DNA of 64,000 bases from a virus, in the IMG/VR virus record IMGVR_UViG_3300020420_000013, positions 4,325 to 68,324 of that record. One strand, given 5' to 3'. The notes beneath the pieces are model-generated. The model was not told the origin of the DNA and did no database searches. It saw only the letters and a list, made by a program, of their open reading frames with translations. The position numbers and the translations under genes were made by a program. Of this stretch, positions 38,001 through 53,788 are shown piece after piece. Position 1 is the stretch's first letter; every line of letters starts with the position of its first letter.

Positions 38001-38612
38001 AGCACAGATGAATTATATACAAGTTACGGACAAAGTATTAATGCTATTAAATCAATTAGCGATGAAGTAATTTATCATCCAGTAAAATATAAAGTACTAT
38101 TTGGAGATAAAGCAGATTTAAGTTTACAAGCAAAATTTAAAATTGTAAAAAATACAGAAGTAGTTGTTAATGATAATGATTTAAAAGTAAAAGTCATTCA
38201 AGCAATTAATCAATTTTTTGCTTTAGATAATTGGGATTTTGGAGATAAATTTAGTTTCACAGAAATGGCAACATACGTAATGAATCAAACAGCACCAAAT
38301 TTATTAACATTTGTAATAGTACCAGTTGAAGCAAATAAATCATTTGGTAGCCTATACGAAATAAATTCAGAATCCGATGAAATATTCATAAGTGGTGCAA
38401 CTGTTGATAATGTTGAAATCATTGACAACATCACTGCTACTAGATTAAAGTCTGAAGGTCAAGTAGTAACATCAACTACAACCTCAACAGGCGGTGTTTC
38501 AAGTAGTGCTTTCACTAGTGCAACTTCGTCCACAACTTCTTCTAGTAGTTCTAGTTCATCGAGCAGTAGCAGTAGCAGTGGATCAAGCGGATCTAGTGGG
38601 AGCGGATACTAA
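35097..38612 (+). CDS. gp6: Baseplate wedge protein (gp6 family)
   Basis: [65 protein letters not shown]. Confidence 0.88.
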   Translation: MSTTYRQNRLLLAEDWKRVYQSFRNADFQSYDFDNLRRTMINYLRTNYPEDFNDYIESSEYLALIDLIAFLGQNIAFRVDLNARENYLELAERRESVLRLARLLSYNPKRNQPANGLLKFESVATTEEIFDSNNINLAGQTVVWNDPANTNWQEQFRKILNAALPNNGIIGKPVKSDTVNGITVQQYRFNATNADVPVYSFTKTVDGKSTIFEVVSSDIGSGDITEEAPLPGNRLAFLYREDGKGNGSTNTGYFCSFRQGILDQGQFSITNPGSNQTVQLDATNVNDSDVWLYRLDNNGAESQLWTKVDAVEGNNVIYNSVSKRIKNIYSVLSRVEDRISLIFADGTFGNLPQGNFRVYYRTSQNRSFAIQPDDMIGITVTIPYTSRNGVGETLTIDMELKYTVDNASTSETNESIKNNAPATYYTQNRMITGEDYQVSPLAISQEIIKVKSVNRTSSGISRYFDLIDATGKYSSTNIYGNDGVLYKEDKDEVTSFNFTTRTDVEGIVENTITPLLKNTNVNHFYLSKFAKIVTGDIGATWVQSNSSTNNSNGYLKNVNDDALQVGTFTGSSLRYITPGALIKFTAPAGQHFMANNSHALMTGNADHPQAVTYKWAKVVSVATDGTTVTNAVGPIVLNDIIPSGAIVSEVRPKLANAIGSAVKSQVIDQIFAYNTFGLRFDVNTESWKVIKQENLKTAGTFSQGQTGDESQQSLDGSWLLLFQTDGVNYTLTYRTTRYVFESDKEIKFYYDSTDKIYDSRTGKLIKDKINILSINTKPDSLGSFTTDFLWQVNKEYRDSDNYINSKKVEVSFYDNDSDGVVDNPDIFEEYVDTNTNPLTKYVFMKKQSTTDQSEIFVYTPSNTITVKQNEGAVGTRSSYNDGTIFYLVDEDVFKVLNSTTLALALSTDYKAFKGRETIKFQYVHSADDSNRIDPSSTNIIDTYILTKSYDTKFRKYIAGTLTSKPLAPSTDELYTSYGQSINAIKSISDEVIYHPVKYKVLFGDKADLSLQAKFKIVKNTEVVVNDNDLKVKVIQAINQFFALDNWDFGDKFSFTEMATYVMNQTAPNLLTFVIVPVEANKSFGSLYEINSESDEIFISGATVDNVEIIDNITATRLKSEGQVVTSTTTSTGGVSSSAFTSATSSTTSSSSSSSSSSSSSSGSSGSSGSGY

Positions 38613-41600
38613 TGGCATACGACAATAGTCAAAACGAAACTCCATTACCAACAGGAAAAAACGGAAACGAAACTCGTAAAGCGAGTAAGTTCTTACCTAG
38701 ATATTTTAGAACGGTTGCTAACGAAAAGTTTATTAGTTCTACATTAGATCAATTAATAAGTTCAGGTACAGTTGAAAAAGTTAACGGATATATTGGTAGA
38801 AGAAATGCCAAGGCATTTAATTCAACAGATAGTTATATTAATGACATTTCTAATTTAAGACAAGACTATCAATTAGAACCAGCAGTAGTAGTTGATGATA
38901 ATATAGGTAACACAACATTCTACAAAGATTACCAAGACTTTATTAATCAAACAAAAGTGTTTGGAGGCAATGTTGCAGACCATAGTAAATTAAATTCACA
39001 AGAATACTATGCTTGGAATCCGCATATTGACTGGGACAAATTTAGCAATTACAGAGAATACTATTGGTTACCAGAAGGTCCACAAACTTTAACTGTTTTA
39101 GGACAAGCAAAAGGAATCACTAGTACATACAAAGTAACAGTAGAAGACCAAGGCGATAATATGGCTTTTATTTTTACACCAGATGGCAAAACTGCTAATC
39201 CAACTTTAAAACTTTATAAAGGTCAAACATATAGGTTTGTTATAGATACACCAGGACATCCTATTGCGTTTGCAACTAATAGAGTGTTTACACCAGGTGC
39301 GGCTATTGTAACTGAAACCGTTGAGGGTGTTTTGGCGGCAGGTATATATGATAGTAAAATTTATGATAGTGCAAACTTTGACCAAAATGGATATCTTGTT
39401 AATCCTGTAGTTGGCGGTGTTGAAGGATATGAAGCAGGAAAAAATATTAGTACACTTTATAATAAAGGTGTTACAACTAGTGACGGTGTTGTATATGTTG
39501 AAAAAGGCGTATTAGAATTTACTATACCAGATGATGCTCCAGAAAAATTATTTTATATTAGTAAAAATGATGTAAACACTTCTGGTAGTATGAACATTTA
39601 TAATATTGAAGAAAACACTGCTATTGATGTCGATGCAGAAATAATTGGTAAACAGACATATACTACAGAGTCGGGTGTTTCATTTTCAAACGGTATGAAA
39701 ATTAGATTTGGCGGAGAAGTTACTCCGGCAACTTATGTAGGTAACGAATATTATGTAGAAGGTGTAGGCGAAGAAATCCAATTAGTCAATGAGGCAGACT
39801 TAGAAATTCCAGGATCGAGTACAGAATCAAAACAAATACCATTTGATACAGAATCATTTGATAGAGTACCTTTTAGTAATGCAAACAATTATCCTACACA
39901 AAAAGAATATATTGTTTTCAACAGAGCATCACCAGATAGAAATCAATGGTCACGTTTTAACAGATGGTTCCACAAAGATACTATTAGCCAAATTGCAACA
40001 GCAACGGGCACTCCAGAAATTTTAGATCAGACTGGTAGAGCAACAAGGCCTATTATTGAATTTGAAGCAGGTGTAAAACTTTATAATTTTGGTACAAAAG
40101 CAAAAGCAAATGTTGATCTTATTGATGTAAAAACAACAGATGTAATGAGTACCATTGAAGGTTCAATTGGTTACAACGTTGACGGAATAGATTTAGTAGA
40201 AGGTATGAGAATACTTTTCACAGCAGACACAGATAGTTTTGTTAAAGGTAAAATATTTAAAGTAAAATTTATAAAACATAGAAATAGTACATTTATAAAT
40301 CTTAAAGAAGAAACTGATGCATCTCCATTACAGAATGAAACAGTACTAGTTACTAATGGTACAAAATATATAGGTAAAATGTTTTGGCACAACGGTACTA
40401 CTTGGATTCAAGGACAAGATAAAACAGGTACAAACCTTGCACCAACATTTGATTTATTTGATGAAACAGGAAATAGTTTTTCAACTTACACAAATAATAA
40501 CTTTACAGGAACAAAACTTTTTAGTTATAAAGTAGGAACAGGAACAGCAGACACAGAATTAGGATTTGCATTATCATATCAAAATGTACAAAACACAGGT
40601 GACATAGTATTCAACTATAACTTACTTAATGATAGTTTTACTTACAATTTAAGTGGTGTTACAACAACAGTAAAAACTGATACAAGTGTATTACGTAAGT
40701 ACACAGATAGAACAGTGTTTACAAGTGTTACAGGTTGGCAAAAAGCAGACACTTTAAGTACTCAAGAAGTTGTAAGACAGTACGACACATCAGTAAAACG
40801 CAATGACTTTCCAATTGATGTATATAACTTCAGTGGCGATTTAAATAATTTAACTGCTAAAGTATATGTAAACAATCAAAGAAAAACCGAACTTACTGAT
40901 TATCAAATTAATAGAATAAACAGAGTTGCATATATTACTTTTACTACAAAATTAAATAACGGTGATAAGTTAGTAATCAAAACAACAAGTGAAGCCATAA
41001 AAAACGATAATGGATTTTATGAGTTTCCTAGTAACTTAGAAAATAATCCGCAAAATGCAAATTTAAATGAATTTACTTTAGGCGAAGTAAATGATCATGT
41101 ACAATCAATTGTAGATAATGTTCCGGGATTTTCAGGAACAAATCCAGGTACTAATAATTTAAGAGATTTAGGATTATCATCTAAGTACGGTACTAAATTT
41201 TTACAACATTCAGGTCCTATGAATCTTGCTTTGTATCACATGACAAGCAAAGATGCAAATATTATAAAAGCCTTAAAGTATGTTAAAAATGAATATTCTA
41301 AATTCAAAAGAAATTTTATTTCAACAGCAGAAGGATTAGGTTATGAAGGTCCTGCTAAACAACACGTTGATAAAATTCTTGCTAAAATGCATAATGAAAA
41401 AACAAAAGATAATGCATTTTATTTTAGTGATATGCTTGGGTCTGCAGATACTACTAGAAAAGAATACACAGTTGTAGATGCCGACGCACAATATTATGCA
41501 ATTAGTTTTGTACATAACTTAACGTCTTTAAGTAATAAAGCAGTTTACGTTTATCTAAATGGTAAGCAACTTGTTCATGGAACAGATTATACTTTTACAA

Positions 41601-44600
41601 CACAAGGCTTTGCACAAATTACAGCCACGTTGGCTATTGGTGATAAGATAGAAATATTTGAACACACAACAACTGATGGTTGTTATATTCCACAAACACC
41701 TAGTAAACTAGGTTTATATCCTGCTTATGTTCCGCAAAAATACAGCGATAACACTTATCAAACAGCAGTTGATGTAATACAAGGTCATGATGGAAGTATT
41801 ACAAAAGCATACGGTGATTTCAGAGACGATGTATTATTAGAATTAGAAAAAAGAATTTACAATAATATTAAAGTTCCATATGATAAAGAAGTTGTAGACA
41901 TACACGAATTCAAAGGTTCGTTTGATAGAGATACAGGATTTTCAAGAGATACTATTAACAGCGGTATGATGGCTGAATTTATTCAGTGGTTAGAAATAGT
42001 TGGTAGTTTAGATTATACAACAAGTGAATTTTATAGTAACACGGATACGTTTACTTGGAACTATGGTGCAATGACTAATCCAGATGGTGTTACTTTACCA
42101 GGCTATTGGAGAGCAGTTTACAAGCAATGGTTAGACACTGATAGACCACATACACATCCTTGGGAAGTATTAGGATATCACACTAAACCAACTTGGTGGG
42201 AAACTACATATGGCCCTGCACCTTACACAAATGAAAATAGAATATTATGGGACGACTTAACAGAAGGTAGAGTGCGTGAACCTAACAAAACTATTGTATA
42301 TAGAAATAATTACAAAAGGAAAAATTTAAATTTAAACATTCCTGTAGATAGCCAAGGACAATTAATTAGTCCTCATGATTGCGGATATGCACAAAACGTT
42401 GTTGTTCCTTTAACAAGTAATAACTTTGTGTTTGGCGACGAAGCACCTACTGAAAGTGCTTGGAGAAAAAGTTCAGAATATCCATTTGCGTTAATGATTA
42501 GTTGGTGTTTAAATCAACCTACAAAAATAATAGGATTAGGATTTGATAGATCAAGAACTATAAGGAATAGTGCAAAAGAATTAGTATATAGTGCAACAAA
42601 TAAAAGAATTGCATTAGACGATATAGTATGGCCTAATACTGCTACTGATACCACAAGAAGTCAAACAGCAGGATTTGTTAATTACATCTTTGATTATCTT
42701 TATGGAAGTATTACAACAACGATTGCAGATTACAAAGAAAACATTGCTAATCTACAAAACAAATTAGGTTGTAAACTAGGAGGCTTTACACAAAAAGATA
42801 AGTTCAAACTTATCCTTGACAGTAGAACACCTACAAACGAAGGTAATGTTTTTATTCCAGAAGAAAACTATAAAGTTATTTTTAATACAAGTTCGCCAAT
42901 TGATGCAGTCAGTTACAGTGGTGTCATTGTAGAAAAAGCAAAAGGCGGTTACATAATAAAAGGTTATGATAATACTGCACCAATGTTTAAATATAACAAG
43001 CCACTCGAAGTTGCCGCTGATCCTGTAAGAACAGTTGGCGCAGTCAGTGAAACTTTTGTTAAGTTCGAAGTAGGTCAAACTTATTCTGCAGGTACATTGG
43101 CTGAGAATGGACAAAAATATTACAGAGCAAAAGTTACTCATACAGCAACAGCATTCATAGAAGATAATTGGACACCGTTACCAGCACTACCTAGCAAAGG
43201 TGGACGTACTGCAATATTTAGATCTAAGTTTGAAAACACTGTAAGCACACTTCCTTATGGTACTACATTGTTAACAATTCAAGATGTAGTAGACTTTTTA
43301 TTAGGATATGGAAAGTACCAAACATCAATTGGATTTACATTTGATACATTTAATAGAGAATTAGAACAGGTTGAAAACTGGGATTTAACAACTAGAGAAT
43401 TTTTATTCTGGACTACACAAAATTGGCAAGAAGGTGCACTTATTACATTAAGTCCTTCAGCACAAGAATTAAACTTTAGTAGACAGTATGCGGTAGTTGA
43501 TGATATATTTGATCCATTCTATGATTACAGTTTACTTAAAGCAGATGGTAAAAAACTAAAAAGAAATTTCAGTAGTACAAAAAGAGATAGCCTTAATGAG
43601 TTTGGTTTGCAAGTTAAAAATAGTGCAGACGGAATATATCATTTAAAACTTCCATTAGTACAACGAGAACACGTTTTAATTATTGATAATAAAACTGTAT
43701 TCAACGATATAATTTATGATATTACACCTGGTTATAGACAAGAGAGAATTAAAGTATTAGGATATAGAACTGAAAAATGGACAGGTGGATTGAATATACC
43801 TGGCTTTATATATGATAGTGCAAGTTGTACAGAATGGGAACAATGGAAAGATTATGCAATAGGTGATATTGTACAGCATAAAACTTTTTATTATGTTGCG
43901 AATAAAAAAATCGCAGGCACTAGTACTTTTGCAGATCAAGATTGGAATGTATTACCTAAAAAACCAGAGAGTTCATTAATACCAAACTTTGAATACAAAA
44001 CAAATCAGTTTAGTGATTTTTATGACTTAGACACTGACAACTTTGATAGTGAACAACAGCGTCTAGCACAGCATTTAATTGGCTACCAAAAAAGACAGTA
44101 TATACAAAACATTATTAATGACGATGTTTCGCAATACAAATTTTATCAAGGAATGATCCAAGATAAAGGAACGTCAAATGCACTTACAAAAATGTTTGAT
44201 GCATTAGGTAGTGCTAACAAAGACAGTTTAGAGTTTTACGAAGAATGGGCACTTAAAAGAGGACAGTATGGAGCCTCACAAGGATTTGACGAAGTTGAAT
44301 TTTTACTTGACGAAAGTAAATTTAAATTAAGTCCTCAACCTGTAGAGTTGGTTAACTTTATAGATCCTAGTGCAACTGATTTAATTATAAGACAAGTACC
44401 AAGTGATGTTTATCTAAAACCACAAGGATATGCACATACTCCTTTCCCTACAAATTATTTTAGTGAAGGTTTTATAAAGACAGCAGGATACGTTAACGAA
44501 GATGATGTAAACTTTACATTAACAAATTATGATGATATATTAAACTTAGACCCTGCTAATGTAAATGTTAACAGTTATGTTTGGGTAGCAAAAGATTTAC

Positions 44601-47600
44601 AAACTTGGAATGTTTACAAGTATGCACGAACTAATATTAAAGTATTAGACTTAACAACTGATAGTGCAGGAGTAACAAGTATTAAATGTGTTAATGCACC
44701 TAATGTAGTAAAAGATGAAATTGTTGGTATAGGAAATGTAACAGGACAAGAGAAGTTTTTCAAAGTTGAAAGTGTATCACTAGATACTATTAAAGCAAAG
44801 GCTTCAACCGCACCTACTGCCGATGCTACTAACATAACAGGCTTTCTTACAAAATTTGAACTTGCTAGATTACCTAACTTAATCAAAGCAAATGAATTTG
44901 TTGGTAAAAGAGAAATAGAAGTAGGATCAACTGTTTGGGTAGATGATGACGATTCTAATAGATGGGTAGTATTAAAGAACACAGGCGGTTACGACTTAAA
45001 ACAAAACATATACAATGATAGCACAAATTATACGCAAGGAATAGAAAAGAATTTTGGTGCTAATGTTCATGCAGACGGAAATAACCAAACACTTGCAGTA
45101 GGTTCGCCAGACATAACTGGTAGAGGTAAAGTTCATGTTTATTTCAGAGGTAGTGAAAATATTAATCATATAATCACGCAAACAATTATAGAACCAGAAT
45201 ATTTCGCAGATGCTAATAGTGGATTTGGAACAGCAGTACATCTAAGTGAAGATGCAGAATACTTAATAGTAGGAGCACCGTTTGCCTCAAATGTTCGTAA
45301 CAAATTTAAAGGACAATTCAGCGGTGCATCAACTTATGCAAAAGGTGAAATTGTTAAATGGCAAGAACAGTTATGGAAAGCAACTGCAATTATATTACCT
45401 AAAGATGATAGCATAGATTACAATTCATTTAGATCATCTGCACAAGGACACCAAGCAATTAAGGATGCCAACACAGCAGGAACTTACATTGACATAAAAC
45501 ATATTGTTACAGGTAATTACGGATTAGTAAATCAGTCAACAGATCATATTTTAATTAGAGCACCAAAGAATCAATACAGAGGAACGCAAATAGGTGATGT
45601 ATTACATACAAAATGGAATAGATTGACTACTAGATATCCAAGCGGAAGAGATCCTTTTAATAACGATTCGACTTTAAATGCCGCGTTCTTTACAGGTACT
45701 CATACTATCAATGAAAAGGTTGATCAAATTTTATTAGTGCCAAGCACACAATCAGGGGTTAGCATTGGAGATATAATTGAAACTAGCGATGCTAGAGGTA
45801 AAGTCGTTTACACATTTACAAACGCAGATAACGAATCTGTAATTTATGTTAATGATGTTAATGGTACTTTTGCAACTTCCGGTGATTTATATTTTGGAAA
45901 TATCTTAATTGGTGCTTACACTTTACCTATTGTTGAAAATCATGCATATTACGATGGTTGGTGGAAAGTACAAATAGGATCAACAATTACTCCTACAACC
46001 AATGAAGAAAAATACTTTGGTCTAGTAATTAAAGATATTATTAAACTAAATGAATCAAGAACTCCAGATATCTATACAAATATATTAGATAACAAAGCAG
46101 TTGATGTTGCAACGGCTAATACGAAGAGCAGTCATTTAGAAACAGTTAGTCATACAGGCGCCACTGGTGCAGTAGTTGACAACAGAGTAATGATTAGAGC
46201 AAGTAAAACATTTAGTGATAGTCTTAATACTAGTGATAAATTTAGTTTATGGTTAAACAGCATTCCACTTACTAATGGAACAATACAAAATCCTAGTGCT
46301 ATTGCACTTGATTGGGCAACACTTAATTACACAGAATTTACAGTAAGTGACAAATGGGACGGATATTTAGAAATAGCATTTACAAACTTTGATACAGTTG
46401 GTAACAATAATCCTAGTGATCCTAATTATAATCCTAATTACGGTAATCCTTTCTTTCCTGTCGTAGGAGATACTATTAGAGGAAAAACTACAGGCACAAC
46501 AGCCACGGTTGCTTATGTAAAACAAGATTCAATTGCAGAGGCAAGAGTTTACTTCAAAAACAAAAGCGGTGACTTTAAAATAGGTTCAACGCAAAATGAT
46601 ACAGAGATTATAGAAATTACAACTTATACTCCATTAGGTGGCGGCGCTGATCAAATACTTGATATGGGTAGTATAACTGAAAGACACGCCGACAATGCCA
46701 ACGCAGGCAAACTACTTGTATTTGATTATGGAAGTAATATTACACCAGGTTCAAATGATAAGTTAGTGGACTTAGAATATTGGTTATACAAACAAAAAAT
46801 TATACAAGGTATTGCTAGTGATAGTAATCCACCAACTGATGTTAACAATGAATGGCAAAGGGTTTATAACATTCCTGTTGAACCTGCGGCAACATTTGTA
46901 GGTTATAATAAAGAAGGTTACTATGCAATCTATAAAAAGAATGCAAGTGGATATTACACATTACTAAATGCATACACACTTCCAGATGCAAATAACTTTA
47001 AGCATTTAGGAAACAAAATTAAAATTGTTAAAAATACATCAGGTTATACTGCAATTATTACTGAAAAAGGAAATAATACTTTTGCTGAACCAGGTAGAAT
47101 ACATTTTATAGATAATCCAGCAGGAACAGATAATTGGCAACTTGGTGCAGACACAAACTACAAAGGTCCTTGGAATTCTAATTACAGTTATTACACAGGA
47201 AATATTGTTATATGGAATAACAATTTGTACAAAGCAAAAACAAATATTGTACCTAGTGCATTTAATTCAAGTCTATGGACATTACAAACTGAAGAAATAG
47301 ATCTAGTAGGTTACGTACCAAATGATAGTGGCTTTACTATTGCCGGCGGCGATAGTGCAATTAATCAAACTAACATTTTAAGTTTCGGTGGCACTATTAG
47401 TGTAAGCAGTGATGGAAACGTTCTAGCAAGTACTTTAAAATATGGCGACCAAATTGATAGTAGTTTATCAAGTCCAAAGATTGCAATTTATAGACTTAAC
47501 CAAGGCAGATACCAATATGATCAACTGATTAGTGCTGAGTATGTTGATGAACAATTTGCAGAATCAGTAGCAGTAAGCAATGATGGAAAACTTGTTGCCG

Positions 47601-50600
47601 TAGGTGCACCTTACAATAGTGTTACTGTAAACAACGGTGGTTGTGTTTACATCTATAAAAATAATAACGGAACGTTTGTGTTAAATCAAACTATAAGAGG
47701 TCCTGGCGATTTAATTAATGAAAGATTTGGTACTAAAGTAGAGTTTGATGGTAATAGACTTGTTGTAAATTCAAGTGGCGGCGATGTACAAGATACTACA
47801 ACCTTTGATGGTAGTAAAGTAGGAAACGCATCTCCTATAACATCATTTGATAACAACTTAACAAACTTCACAACAACGTTTTCTAATACAGGAGAAATAC
47901 TTGTATATGAAAGAATTAATGATACTTTATTATTTGGTCAATCATTAGACTTTGATAATTTAGACTTTGATTCAACTATCACTGGTAAGAGCATATCGTT
48001 CTTTGGTGAAAACTTACACATACAAAACAACCACATTTATATTGGACTACCTAAACTAAAAAATACTGATGCGTCAGTTCTAGGCAGAGTTTTAGACTAT
48101 AGATTGCCTGCTACTACTAACATATGGACAAAACACAGAGTTGCAACTGATCAGGTGGATCTTAAAAAGTTAAAAGGTTCATTCTTATATAACACAAAGA
48201 CTAAAAAGTTTATAACATATTTAGATTACATAGATCCAATACAGGGTAAGATTGCTGGTCCGGCTGAGCAGGAACTTTATTTTAAAGTTGATTATGATCC
48301 TGCTATCTACTCAAATGGTACTGCAGGTTTTGTAGATACAACTAACTTTAATGCAGATGACTTGGTTGGTAAACTATGGTGGGATATAGGAGCAGTTAGA
48401 TTCCTTGATCCTTACTCAGGAGGTATTATTAATGTATCAAATAGATTTAATAAAAAGTTTACTGGTACTAGTGTAGATATTTACGAATGGGTAGAAAGTA
48501 GTTTACTTCCAAGCGAATGGGACGCACAAACAGATACTGAATCAGCACTTGCTTTAGGTATAAGCGGTACAAGTAAGTACGGGGATAATGCGTATTCAAT
48601 AAAAAGAATTTACAACAAAAACACAGGTACATTTACAAATTACTATTATTACTGGGTAAAGAACAAAAAGACAACACCAAATATTCCAAGCAGAACTATA
48701 AGTGCATTTGATGTACAAGCATTTATTGACTCTCCTGAAAAACAAGGATATAAATTTGTAAACTTATTAGGTAACAATAAATTTTCAATTCATAATTGCG
48801 AAAGTTTAATTGAAGGAAAAGATGTTGCAATTAATTTTAGATACTGGACTATCGATAATCAAAATATCAATATTCACAATCAGTATCAACTATTGACAGA
48901 CAGTTACGCGGCAAGTAAACCAAACAAAGATATTGAAAGAAAATGGTTTGATAGTTTAATAGGATTTGATGAACAAGAGAGAATAGTTCCAGATCCATTA
49001 GCAAGTCCAAAAGAAATGTATGGTATTCTTAATACTCCAAGACAAAGTATGTTTGTTAACAGAGTTGAAGCAATCAAACAAGTTATAGAACGTGTAAACA
49101 GAACACTAAAAGAAAAAGTTATGGTTGATGATTTCAATCTAACTTCTTTATCGAAATATGAAGGTGCTCCTGCAAGTGCGGAAGGATACTATGATAAAAC
49201 TGTAAACACTTATGCAGAATTATTATTAGTAAATGTTACAAAGAAAACTCAGGCTACTTTAAATCCTATCATTGTAAACGGAAGAATAACTGATGTATTA
49301 GTAGATGAAGCAGGTAGAGGATATACCACTGCACCTAGAGTAGCAATAACAGATCCACAAGGTTCTGGTGCTGAAATAAAACTTACAATAAACGCCATTG
49401 GGGCAGTTACAGGTGCAACAGTTACTAAACAAGGTAATGGTTATACAGATGCAACTAGTTTACAGGTTAGAAAATATTCAGTGTTAGTTTCAGCAGATGA
49501 AAATTATAACAATAGATGGTCAATATACGAATATGTAGGCGCAACTTCTCCTTGGAGTAAAACCAAAGGACAAAAATATGATGTAAGACCATATTGGAAT
49601 TATGCTGATTGGTATGCAACAGGTTACAATGAATTAACAGGAATTGATCATACTGTTGGACAAAGTTATGAGTTAGGAAGTTTAGAAGCAGACATAGGAG
49701 ACATTGTTAAAATCAATACTGTTGGAACAGGCGGTTGGTTATTGCTTAAGAAAAAAGATAGTCAAGTAACAAGTGATTACACAATTAACTTCACTACAAT
49801 AGGTAGACAGAATGCAACTATACAATTTACAAATGCTTTATATGATTATGCTAACAGCGAAGTAGGATTTGATGGAATAAGTTATGATGAAAATAGATAT
49901 GACTTACAGCCTGCAAAAGAAACACGTATAATTTTAGAAACTTTAAGAGATCATTTGTTTGTAGATGAATTAGAAACAGAATATAACAAGTTATTCTTTA
50001 CAAGCATACGTTACTTACTGTCAGAACAACCATTTGTGGATTGGTTATTTAAAACTTCATTTATAAAAGCACAACACAACGTTGGTGAATTACGTCAAGA
50101 CATTACATATAATAATGATAACTTACCTAGTTACCAACAATATGCAGAAGAAGTTAAACCTTACAAAACTAAAATTAGAGAATTTATTAGTAACTATGAA
50201 AAAATAGATACTACTGGTACAACTGTAACTGACTTTGATCTACCTCAATACTACTTAGATACAGAAGGTAAAATTGTACCACAAGAAATTACAGTAACAG
50301 ATAATGAATTCTTTAGTACAAATGCACAAACAAGTGTATATCCAAGTAAACATTGGTTAGACAATGCAGGATTTGAAATAGAAAAAATTGCTGTATCAAA
50401 TGCTGGTTCAGGTTATACTATTGCACCAGTAGTAAGAATTACAGGCGGTGGCGGAACAGGCGCAACTGCTATTGCATACGTTGGTGGCGGAAAAGTTACA
50501 TCAATTAAAGTTACAAATGGTGGTAGTGGATATAAGAGTGCACCTACAATTAAATTAGATGGCACGGTTTCTTCAAGTGGTGTAGAAGCAAGTGCATCTG

Positions 50601-53600
50601 CACAAATAGGAAAAGGTAAAACTAGACAGTTTAAAAATGTAATTAAATTTGATAGAACAACTGACGATCTAGTGTTTGGTAAATTTGATGTAGCATATTC
50701 AACAGGTGCTAGTGCTATCCAAGGCGGACCATTACAGGTTGCAACTACTATTCCAGGTAGAGAACTAGAACAAGACTTTAGTGGTACAGGATCACAATTC
50801 CAGTTTAATTTGAAATTTCCTATTACACTTGACAAAGAACATTATAGAATTTTAATCAAAGACAATAATAATCCATTGAATGTTTGGACAGAAGTATTAC
50901 AAACAAGTTATACGCCAAGCAATGAAGAAGATATTGCTTTAGGAAGAAGTAGACAAAGAGGTAGAATTACATTTGATACTCCACCTGCAAACAATACGAC
51001 ATTAAGAGTAAGATATCAAGTAGATAATGCATTCTTAACTTATGCAGATAGAGTACACTTCTTGTACGAACCAATCGCAGGTATGCCTGATAAGTTATTT
51101 GATCAACTAATGAAAGGTATTGACTATGGTGGAGTTCAAGTTAAGAGTTTTGACTTTGGCGGCGGAACTGGTTGGTCAAGTGATCCGTACTATACATCTG
51201 CTTTTGACACTTATGATACTACATATGAAGATGAAGTATTTAGAATAGATAATAGTACAAAGGTGTTTACATTTAAAAAACCTCTTGAAACAGGTATTGT
51301 TTATAATGTATATAAAAATAATGTAAGAATAGATGATCCAAACTTTGGAACTGCAAATCAAACAAATGTAAATGCAAAGATTACAAGTATTACAGGTGCA
51401 GGTCAAACAGGAATCGCACTTACAGACGACCAGACATATACAAACCTAGTTGTCATAGACGAACAAGTTGTACCAACAGCAGACAATGATGTAATTGTAC
51501 TCAGAAAAACTACAAGTGATGGTTCGTTTATTCCTGATCCAAGAGCATATGATACAGCATTAAGTGGCGGTAATTTAAATTATGGTACTGCAACAGGACT
51601 TAATGCAGAGGACATTGTTGTAGACGGTGACGGGTTTGTTACACCTACGTCAAGTGGCGGCCCAGAAGAATTAGTTCAAGGACAAGTTCTTGACACTCTT
51701 GACATAAAAGTTTATGACAGAATAGGCGAAGGTGGTAGTATCGTTGATACTAGATCATATGATGTAGACACAGCAGGAACAGGAGTATTTGACTTTGGTG
51801 TTTATCCTCAAAGTAAAGAAGGAATATTTGTTAAGAAAAACAATGTTATACTTGGCCCAAGTGCTTATACTGTAAACTTTAGAACAAAGAAAATTACAAT
51901 ACCAAGTTTATCTCTGAATGATAGAATTAATATTATTACAATGAGTGGTAATGGTGAAAAGATACTTGATATGGATCAGTTTACTGGTGATGGAAGTACA
52001 TTACAATATGTAACACAGGTTAATTGGCAAACAGGTTTAACATCTTTTGTTACAGTAGATGGACAAATAGTAGATTACGTAATAGAAACTACCGACAGCA
52101 CATATGATACAACTAATAAAGTTGCAATTACATTTGGTGCTCCTCCGGCAGTAGGTGCTGTTATAGATTATATGATTTATGCAAGTGAAAGTAAAGTATT
52201 TTCTGAAATTAAAAAAGATACATTTACAGCAGATGGAAGCACTCAAGTATATACAATGAGTGTAACGCCATTCAGTTCATTACCTAGCACACATAACGTA
52301 ATTGTAGAAACGTTTACAAATGCAAATGATAGAAAAGTATTAAATGCAGGATACAATGAACAGTTTACAGTGGAGTCAAATAAGTTTGAATATCAATTAA
52401 AGAACTGGCAACAACCAGGAGGTACTTTAGGTGCTACAGATATAGATGTCTACTTGAATGGTGTTGCTCTAACTTATACTTCAGACTTTATCTTTAAACC
52501 TGCAAATACAAGTATTGAAATATTTGAAAATGTTGCAAACGTTGGTGACATATTAGAAATATTTGTTAAGACAGATGGTCAATATACTATCAATGGCAAC
52601 CAACTAACATTGTCAACTCTGCCTGCAATAGATACAAAAGTTGTTGTAACACACTTTAGTAAACATGATATCCAAGCAATAGAAAGAACAAACTTTGATA
52701 TTGTGTCAAGATCTACTTTGAATGTTGGCTCTAAAGATGATTTAGAATACAAACAGTTACGCAATGGCTTGATTAAATTAAGAAAACAAGCATACGATAC
52801 TGAATTTGTTTGGTTAGTTGTAAATGGTAAAGTACAAACACCTAATGTTGACTACACATTAACAAACGATAATAAATTTATTAGAACACTTAATCCATTT
52901 GCGGACAATGATGTTGTAGAAATAATTGAATTTGCAACAGAAGGACCTATCACTGGCAAGTTCGGATATAGATTATTCAAAGATATGTTGAATAGAACAG
53001 TTTACAAACGTTTGGGTGATAGTAACTCTTACAGACTTGCTAAAGACTTAGGTGTATTTGATAAAGAACTTGAAGTAGATGACGCTACTAACTTACCAAC
53101 TCCAGATATAACAAACAATATTCCAGGTATTATCTTCATAAATGCTGAACGTATTGAGTATTTTGTTAAGTCTGGTAACAAATTAAGACAACTTAGACGC
53201 GGTACATTAGGTACTGGAGTAAAAGAATTACATAAAAAAGGTGATGAATTGTTCAACCAGGGTATAGACGAGACCATACCATATCAAGATAAATTATTAG
53301 TACAGAACTTTACTACTACAAACAGTCTTGTTAGTGGAAATTATGTGGAAAGAGAATATACGTTGGATTGGAATCCAGCAAGTCGCAACGAAATGGAAGT
53401 ATTCTTAGGTGGACAACGTTTAACCAAAGGATACCTAAACACAGGCGGCAGTGCAGTTAAGGACATATTCCACCCAACTACTGGAATGGATAGTCCAGAT
53501 GGTGATATTACAGTAACATTACCAAATTATCCTCAAACTTGGGGACTAGAACGTGATGGATTTAGAGTACAATATGACTCTAGTACAAATAGCACTAAAA

Positions 53601-53764
53601 TTTATGTATATTCACTGGCAGATGGAGAGAAATTAACAGTGATTCGTAAGCAAGGACAACTTTGGAACGATATTGTAGACAGTACAAGCACAAAGAGTTT
53701 GGGTAGATCCCAAAATCCAGTGGCTCAGTTCATTCGTGCAAAGGAAGTGAAATTGCCAAACTAA
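38612..53764 (+). CDS. Giant (5050 aa) baseplate/virion protein at the gp7 position, multi-domain
   Basis: Uninterrupted ORF coupled to gp6 (TAATG). Cupredoxin-like segment, CBM5/12-like repeats, FG-GAP-like repeats, GSGYT.AP.V.I.GGGG repeats, FT(G/A)DGST repeats. Confidence 0.8.
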   Translation: MAYDNSQNETPLPTGKNGNETRKASKFLPRYFRTVANEKFISSTLDQLISSGTVEKVNGYIGRRNAKAFNSTDSYINDISNLRQDYQLEPAVVVDDNIGNTTFYKDYQDFINQTKVFGGNVADHSKLNSQEYYAWNPHIDWDKFSNYREYYWLPEGPQTLTVLGQAKGITSTYKVTVEDQGDNMAFIFTPDGKTANPTLKLYKGQTYRFVIDTPGHPIAFATNRVFTPGAAIVTETVEGVLAAGIYDSKIYDSANFDQNGYLVNPVVGGVEGYEAGKNISTLYNKGVTTSDGVVYVEKGVLEFTIPDDAPEKLFYISKNDVNTSGSMNIYNIEENTAIDVDAEIIGKQTYTTESGVSFSNGMKIRFGGEVTPATYVGNEYYVEGVGEEIQLVNEADLEIPGSSTESKQIPFDTESFDRVPFSNANNYPTQKEYIVFNRASPDRNQWSRFNRWFHKDTISQIATATGTPEILDQTGRATRPIIEFEAGVKLYNFGTKAKANVDLIDVKTTDVMSTIEGSIGYNVDGIDLVEGMRILFTADTDSFVKGKIFKVKFIKHRNSTFINLKEETDASPLQNETVLVTNGTKYIGKMFWHNGTTWIQGQDKTGTNLAPTFDLFDETGNSFSTYTNNNFTGTKLFSYKVGTGTADTELGFALSYQNVQNTGDIVFNYNLLNDSFTYNLSGVTTTVKTDTSVLRKYTDRTVFTSVTGWQKADTLSTQEVVRQYDTSVKRNDFPIDVYNFSGDLNNLTAKVYVNNQRKTELTDYQINRINRVAYITFTTKLNNGDKLVIKTTSEAIKNDNGFYEFPSNLENNPQNANLNEFTLGEVNDHVQSIVDNVPGFSGTNPGTNNLRDLGLSSKYGTKFLQHSGPMNLALYHMTSKDANIIKALKYVKNEYSKFKRNFISTAEGLGYEGPAKQHVDKILAKMHNEKTKDNAFYFSDMLGSADTTRKEYTVVDADAQYYAISFVHNLTSLSNKAVYVYLNGKQLVHGTDYTFTTQGFAQITATLAIGDKIEIFEHTTTDGCYIPQTPSKLGLYPAYVPQKYSDNTYQTAVDVIQGHDGSITKAYGDFRDDVLLELEKRIYNNIKVPYDKEVVDIHEFKGSFDRDTGFSRDTINSGMMAEFIQWLEIVGSLDYTTSEFYSNTDTFTWNYGAMTNPDGVTLPGYWRAVYKQWLDTDRPHTHPWEVLGYHTKPTWWETTYGPAPYTNENRILWDDLTEGRVREPNKTIVYRNNYKRKNLNLNIPVDSQGQLISPHDCGYAQNVVVPLTSNNFVFGDEAPTESAWRKSSEYPFALMISWCLNQPTKIIGLGFDRSRTIRNSAKELVYSATNKRIALDDIVWPNTATDTTRSQTAGFVNYIFDYLYGSITTTIADYKENIANLQNKLGCKLGGFTQKDKFKLILDSRTPTNEGNVFIPEENYKVIFNTSSPIDAVSYSGVIVEKAKGGYIIKGYDNTAPMFKYNKPLEVAADPVRTVGAVSETFVKFEVGQTYSAGTLAENGQKYYRAKVTHTATAFIEDNWTPLPALPSKGGRTAIFRSKFENTVSTLPYGTTLLTIQDVVDFLLGYGKYQTSIGFTFDTFNRELEQVENWDLTTREFLFWTTQNWQEGALITLSPSAQELNFSRQYAVVDDIFDPFYDYSLLKADGKKLKRNFSSTKRDSLNEFGLQVKNSADGIYHLKLPLVQREHVLIIDNKTVFNDIIYDITPGYRQERIKVLGYRTEKWTGGLNIPGFIYDSASCTEWEQWKDYAIGDIVQHKTFYYVANKKIAGTSTFADQDWNVLPKKPESSLIPNFEYKTNQFSDFYDLDTDNFDSEQQRLAQHLIGYQKRQYIQNIINDDVSQYKFYQGMIQDKGTSNALTKMFDALGSANKDSLEFYEEWALKRGQYGASQGFDEVEFLLDESKFKLSPQPVELVNFIDPSATDLIIRQVPSDVYLKPQGYAHTPFPTNYFSEGFIKTAGYVNEDDVNFTLTNYDDILNLDPANVNVNSYVWVAKDLQTWNVYKYARTNIKVLDLTTDSAGVTSIKCVNAPNVVKDEIVGIGNVTGQEKFFKVESVSLDTIKAKASTAPTADATNITGFLTKFELARLPNLIKANEFVGKREIEVGSTVWVDDDDSNRWVVLKNTGGYDLKQNIYNDSTNYTQGIEKNFGANVHADGNNQTLAVGSPDITGRGKVHVYFRGSENINHIITQTIIEPEYFADANSGFGTAVHLSEDAEYLIVGAPFASNVRNKFKGQFSGASTYAKGEIVKWQEQLWKATAIILPKDDSIDYNSFRSSAQGHQAIKDANTAGTYIDIKHIVTGNYGLVNQSTDHILIRAPKNQYRGTQIGDVLHTKWNRLTTRYPSGRDPFNNDSTLNAAFFTGTHTINEKVDQILLVPSTQSGVSIGDIIETSDARGKVVYTFTNADNESVIYVNDVNGTFATSGDLYFGNILIGAYTLPIVENHAYYDGWWKVQIGSTITPTTNEEKYFGLVIKDIIKLNESRTPDIYTNILDNKAVDVATANTKSSHLETVSHTGATGAVVDNRVMIRASKTFSDSLNTSDKFSLWLNSIPLTNGTIQNPSAIALDWATLNYTEFTVSDKWDGYLEIAFTNFDTVGNNNPSDPNYNPNYGNPFFPVVGDTIRGKTTGTTATVAYVKQDSIAEARVYFKNKSGDFKIGSTQNDTEIIEITTYTPLGGGADQILDMGSITERHADNANAGKLLVFDYGSNITPGSNDKLVDLEYWLYKQKIIQGIASDSNPPTDVNNEWQRVYNIPVEPAATFVGYNKEGYYAIYKKNASGYYTLLNAYTLPDANNFKHLGNKIKIVKNTSGYTAIITEKGNNTFAEPGRIHFIDNPAGTDNWQLGADTNYKGPWNSNYSYYTGNIVIWNNNLYKAKTNIVPSAFNSSLWTLQTEEIDLVGYVPNDSGFTIAGGDSAINQTNILSFGGTISVSSDGNVLASTLKYGDQIDSSLSSPKIAIYRLNQGRYQYDQLISAEYVDEQFAESVAVSNDGKLVAVGAPYNSVTVNNGGCVYIYKNNNGTFVLNQTIRGPGDLINERFGTKVEFDGNRLVVNSSGGDVQDTTTFDGSKVGNASPITSFDNNLTNFTTTFSNTGEILVYERINDTLLFGQSLDFDNLDFDSTITGKSISFFGENLHIQNNHIYIGLPKLKNTDASVLGRVLDYRLPATTNIWTKHRVATDQVDLKKLKGSFLYNTKTKKFITYLDYIDPIQGKIAGPAEQELYFKVDYDPAIYSNGTAGFVDTTNFNADDLVGKLWWDIGAVRFLDPYSGGIINVSNRFNKKFTGTSVDIYEWVESSLLPSEWDAQTDTESALALGISGTSKYGDNAYSIKRIYNKNTGTFTNYYYYWVKNKKTTPNIPSRTISAFDVQAFIDSPEKQGYKFVNLLGNNKFSIHNCESLIEGKDVAINFRYWTIDNQNINIHNQYQLLTDSYAASKPNKDIERKWFDSLIGFDEQERIVPDPLASPKEMYGILNTPRQSMFVNRVEAIKQVIERVNRTLKEKVMVDDFNLTSLSKYEGAPASAEGYYDKTVNTYAELLLVNVTKKTQATLNPIIVNGRITDVLVDEAGRGYTTAPRVAITDPQGSGAEIKLTINAIGAVTGATVTKQGNGYTDATSLQVRKYSVLVSADENYNNRWSIYEYVGATSPWSKTKGQKYDVRPYWNYADWYATGYNELTGIDHTVGQSYELGSLEADIGDIVKINTVGTGGWLLLKKKDSQVTSDYTINFTTIGRQNATIQFTNALYDYANSEVGFDGISYDENRYDLQPAKETRIILETLRDHLFVDELETEYNKLFFTSIRYLLSEQPFVDWLFKTSFIKAQHNVGELRQDITYNNDNLPSYQQYAEEVKPYKTKIREFISNYEKIDTTGTTVTDFDLPQYYLDTEGKIVPQEITVTDNEFFSTNAQTSVYPSKHWLDNAGFEIEKIAVSNAGSGYTIAPVVRITGGGGTGATAIAYVGGGKVTSIKVTNGGSGYKSAPTIKLDGTVSSSGVEASASAQIGKGKTRQFKNVIKFDRTTDDLVFGKFDVAYSTGASAIQGGPLQVATTIPGRELEQDFSGTGSQFQFNLKFPITLDKEHYRILIKDNNNPLNVWTEVLQTSYTPSNEEDIALGRSRQRGRITFDTPPANNTTLRVRYQVDNAFLTYADRVHFLYEPIAGMPDKLFDQLMKGIDYGGVQVKSFDFGGGTGWSSDPYYTSAFDTYDTTYEDEVFRIDNSTKVFTFKKPLETGIVYNVYKNNVRIDDPNFGTANQTNVNAKITSITGAGQTGIALTDDQTYTNLVVIDEQVVPTADNDVIVLRKTTSDGSFIPDPRAYDTALSGGNLNYGTATGLNAEDIVVDGDGFVTPTSSGGPEELVQGQVLDTLDIKVYDRIGEGGSIVDTRSYDVDTAGTGVFDFGVYPQSKEGIFVKKNNVILGPSAYTVNFRTKKITIPSLSLNDRINIITMSGNGEKILDMDQFTGDGSTLQYVTQVNWQTGLTSFVTVDGQIVDYVIETTDSTYDTTNKVAITFGAPPAVGAVIDYMIYASESKVFSEIKKDTFTADGSTQVYTMSVTPFSSLPSTHNVIVETFTNANDRKVLNAGYNEQFTVESNKFEYQLKNWQQPGGTLGATDIDVYLNGVALTYTSDFIFKPANTSIEIFENVANVGDILEIFVKTDGQYTINGNQLTLSTLPAIDTKVVVTHFSKHDIQAIERTNFDIVSRSTLNVGSKDDLEYKQLRNGLIKLRKQAYDTEFVWLVVNGKVQTPNVDYTLTNDNKFIRTLNPFADNDVVEIIEFATEGPITGKFGYRLFKDMLNRTVYKRLGDSNSYRLAKDLGVFDKELEVDDATNLPTPDITNNIPGIIFINAERIEYFVKSGNKLRQLRRGTLGTGVKELHKKGDELFNQGIDETIPYQDKLLVQNFTTTNSLVSGNYVEREYTLDWNPASRNEMEVFLGGQRLTKGYLNTGGSAVKDIFHPTTGMDSPDGDITVTLPNYPQTWGLERDGFRVQYDSSTNSTKIYVYSLADGEKLTVIRKQGQLWNDIVDSTSTKSLGRSQNPVAQFIRAKEVKLPN

Positions 53765-53770
53765 TAAATA
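53765..53770 (+). promoter_or_regulatory. Late promoter core
   Basis: aATAAATA right after the stop codon, upstream of SD AGGA. Confidence 0.6.
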
Positions 53771-53788
53771 CAATGTAGGAAAGATAAA

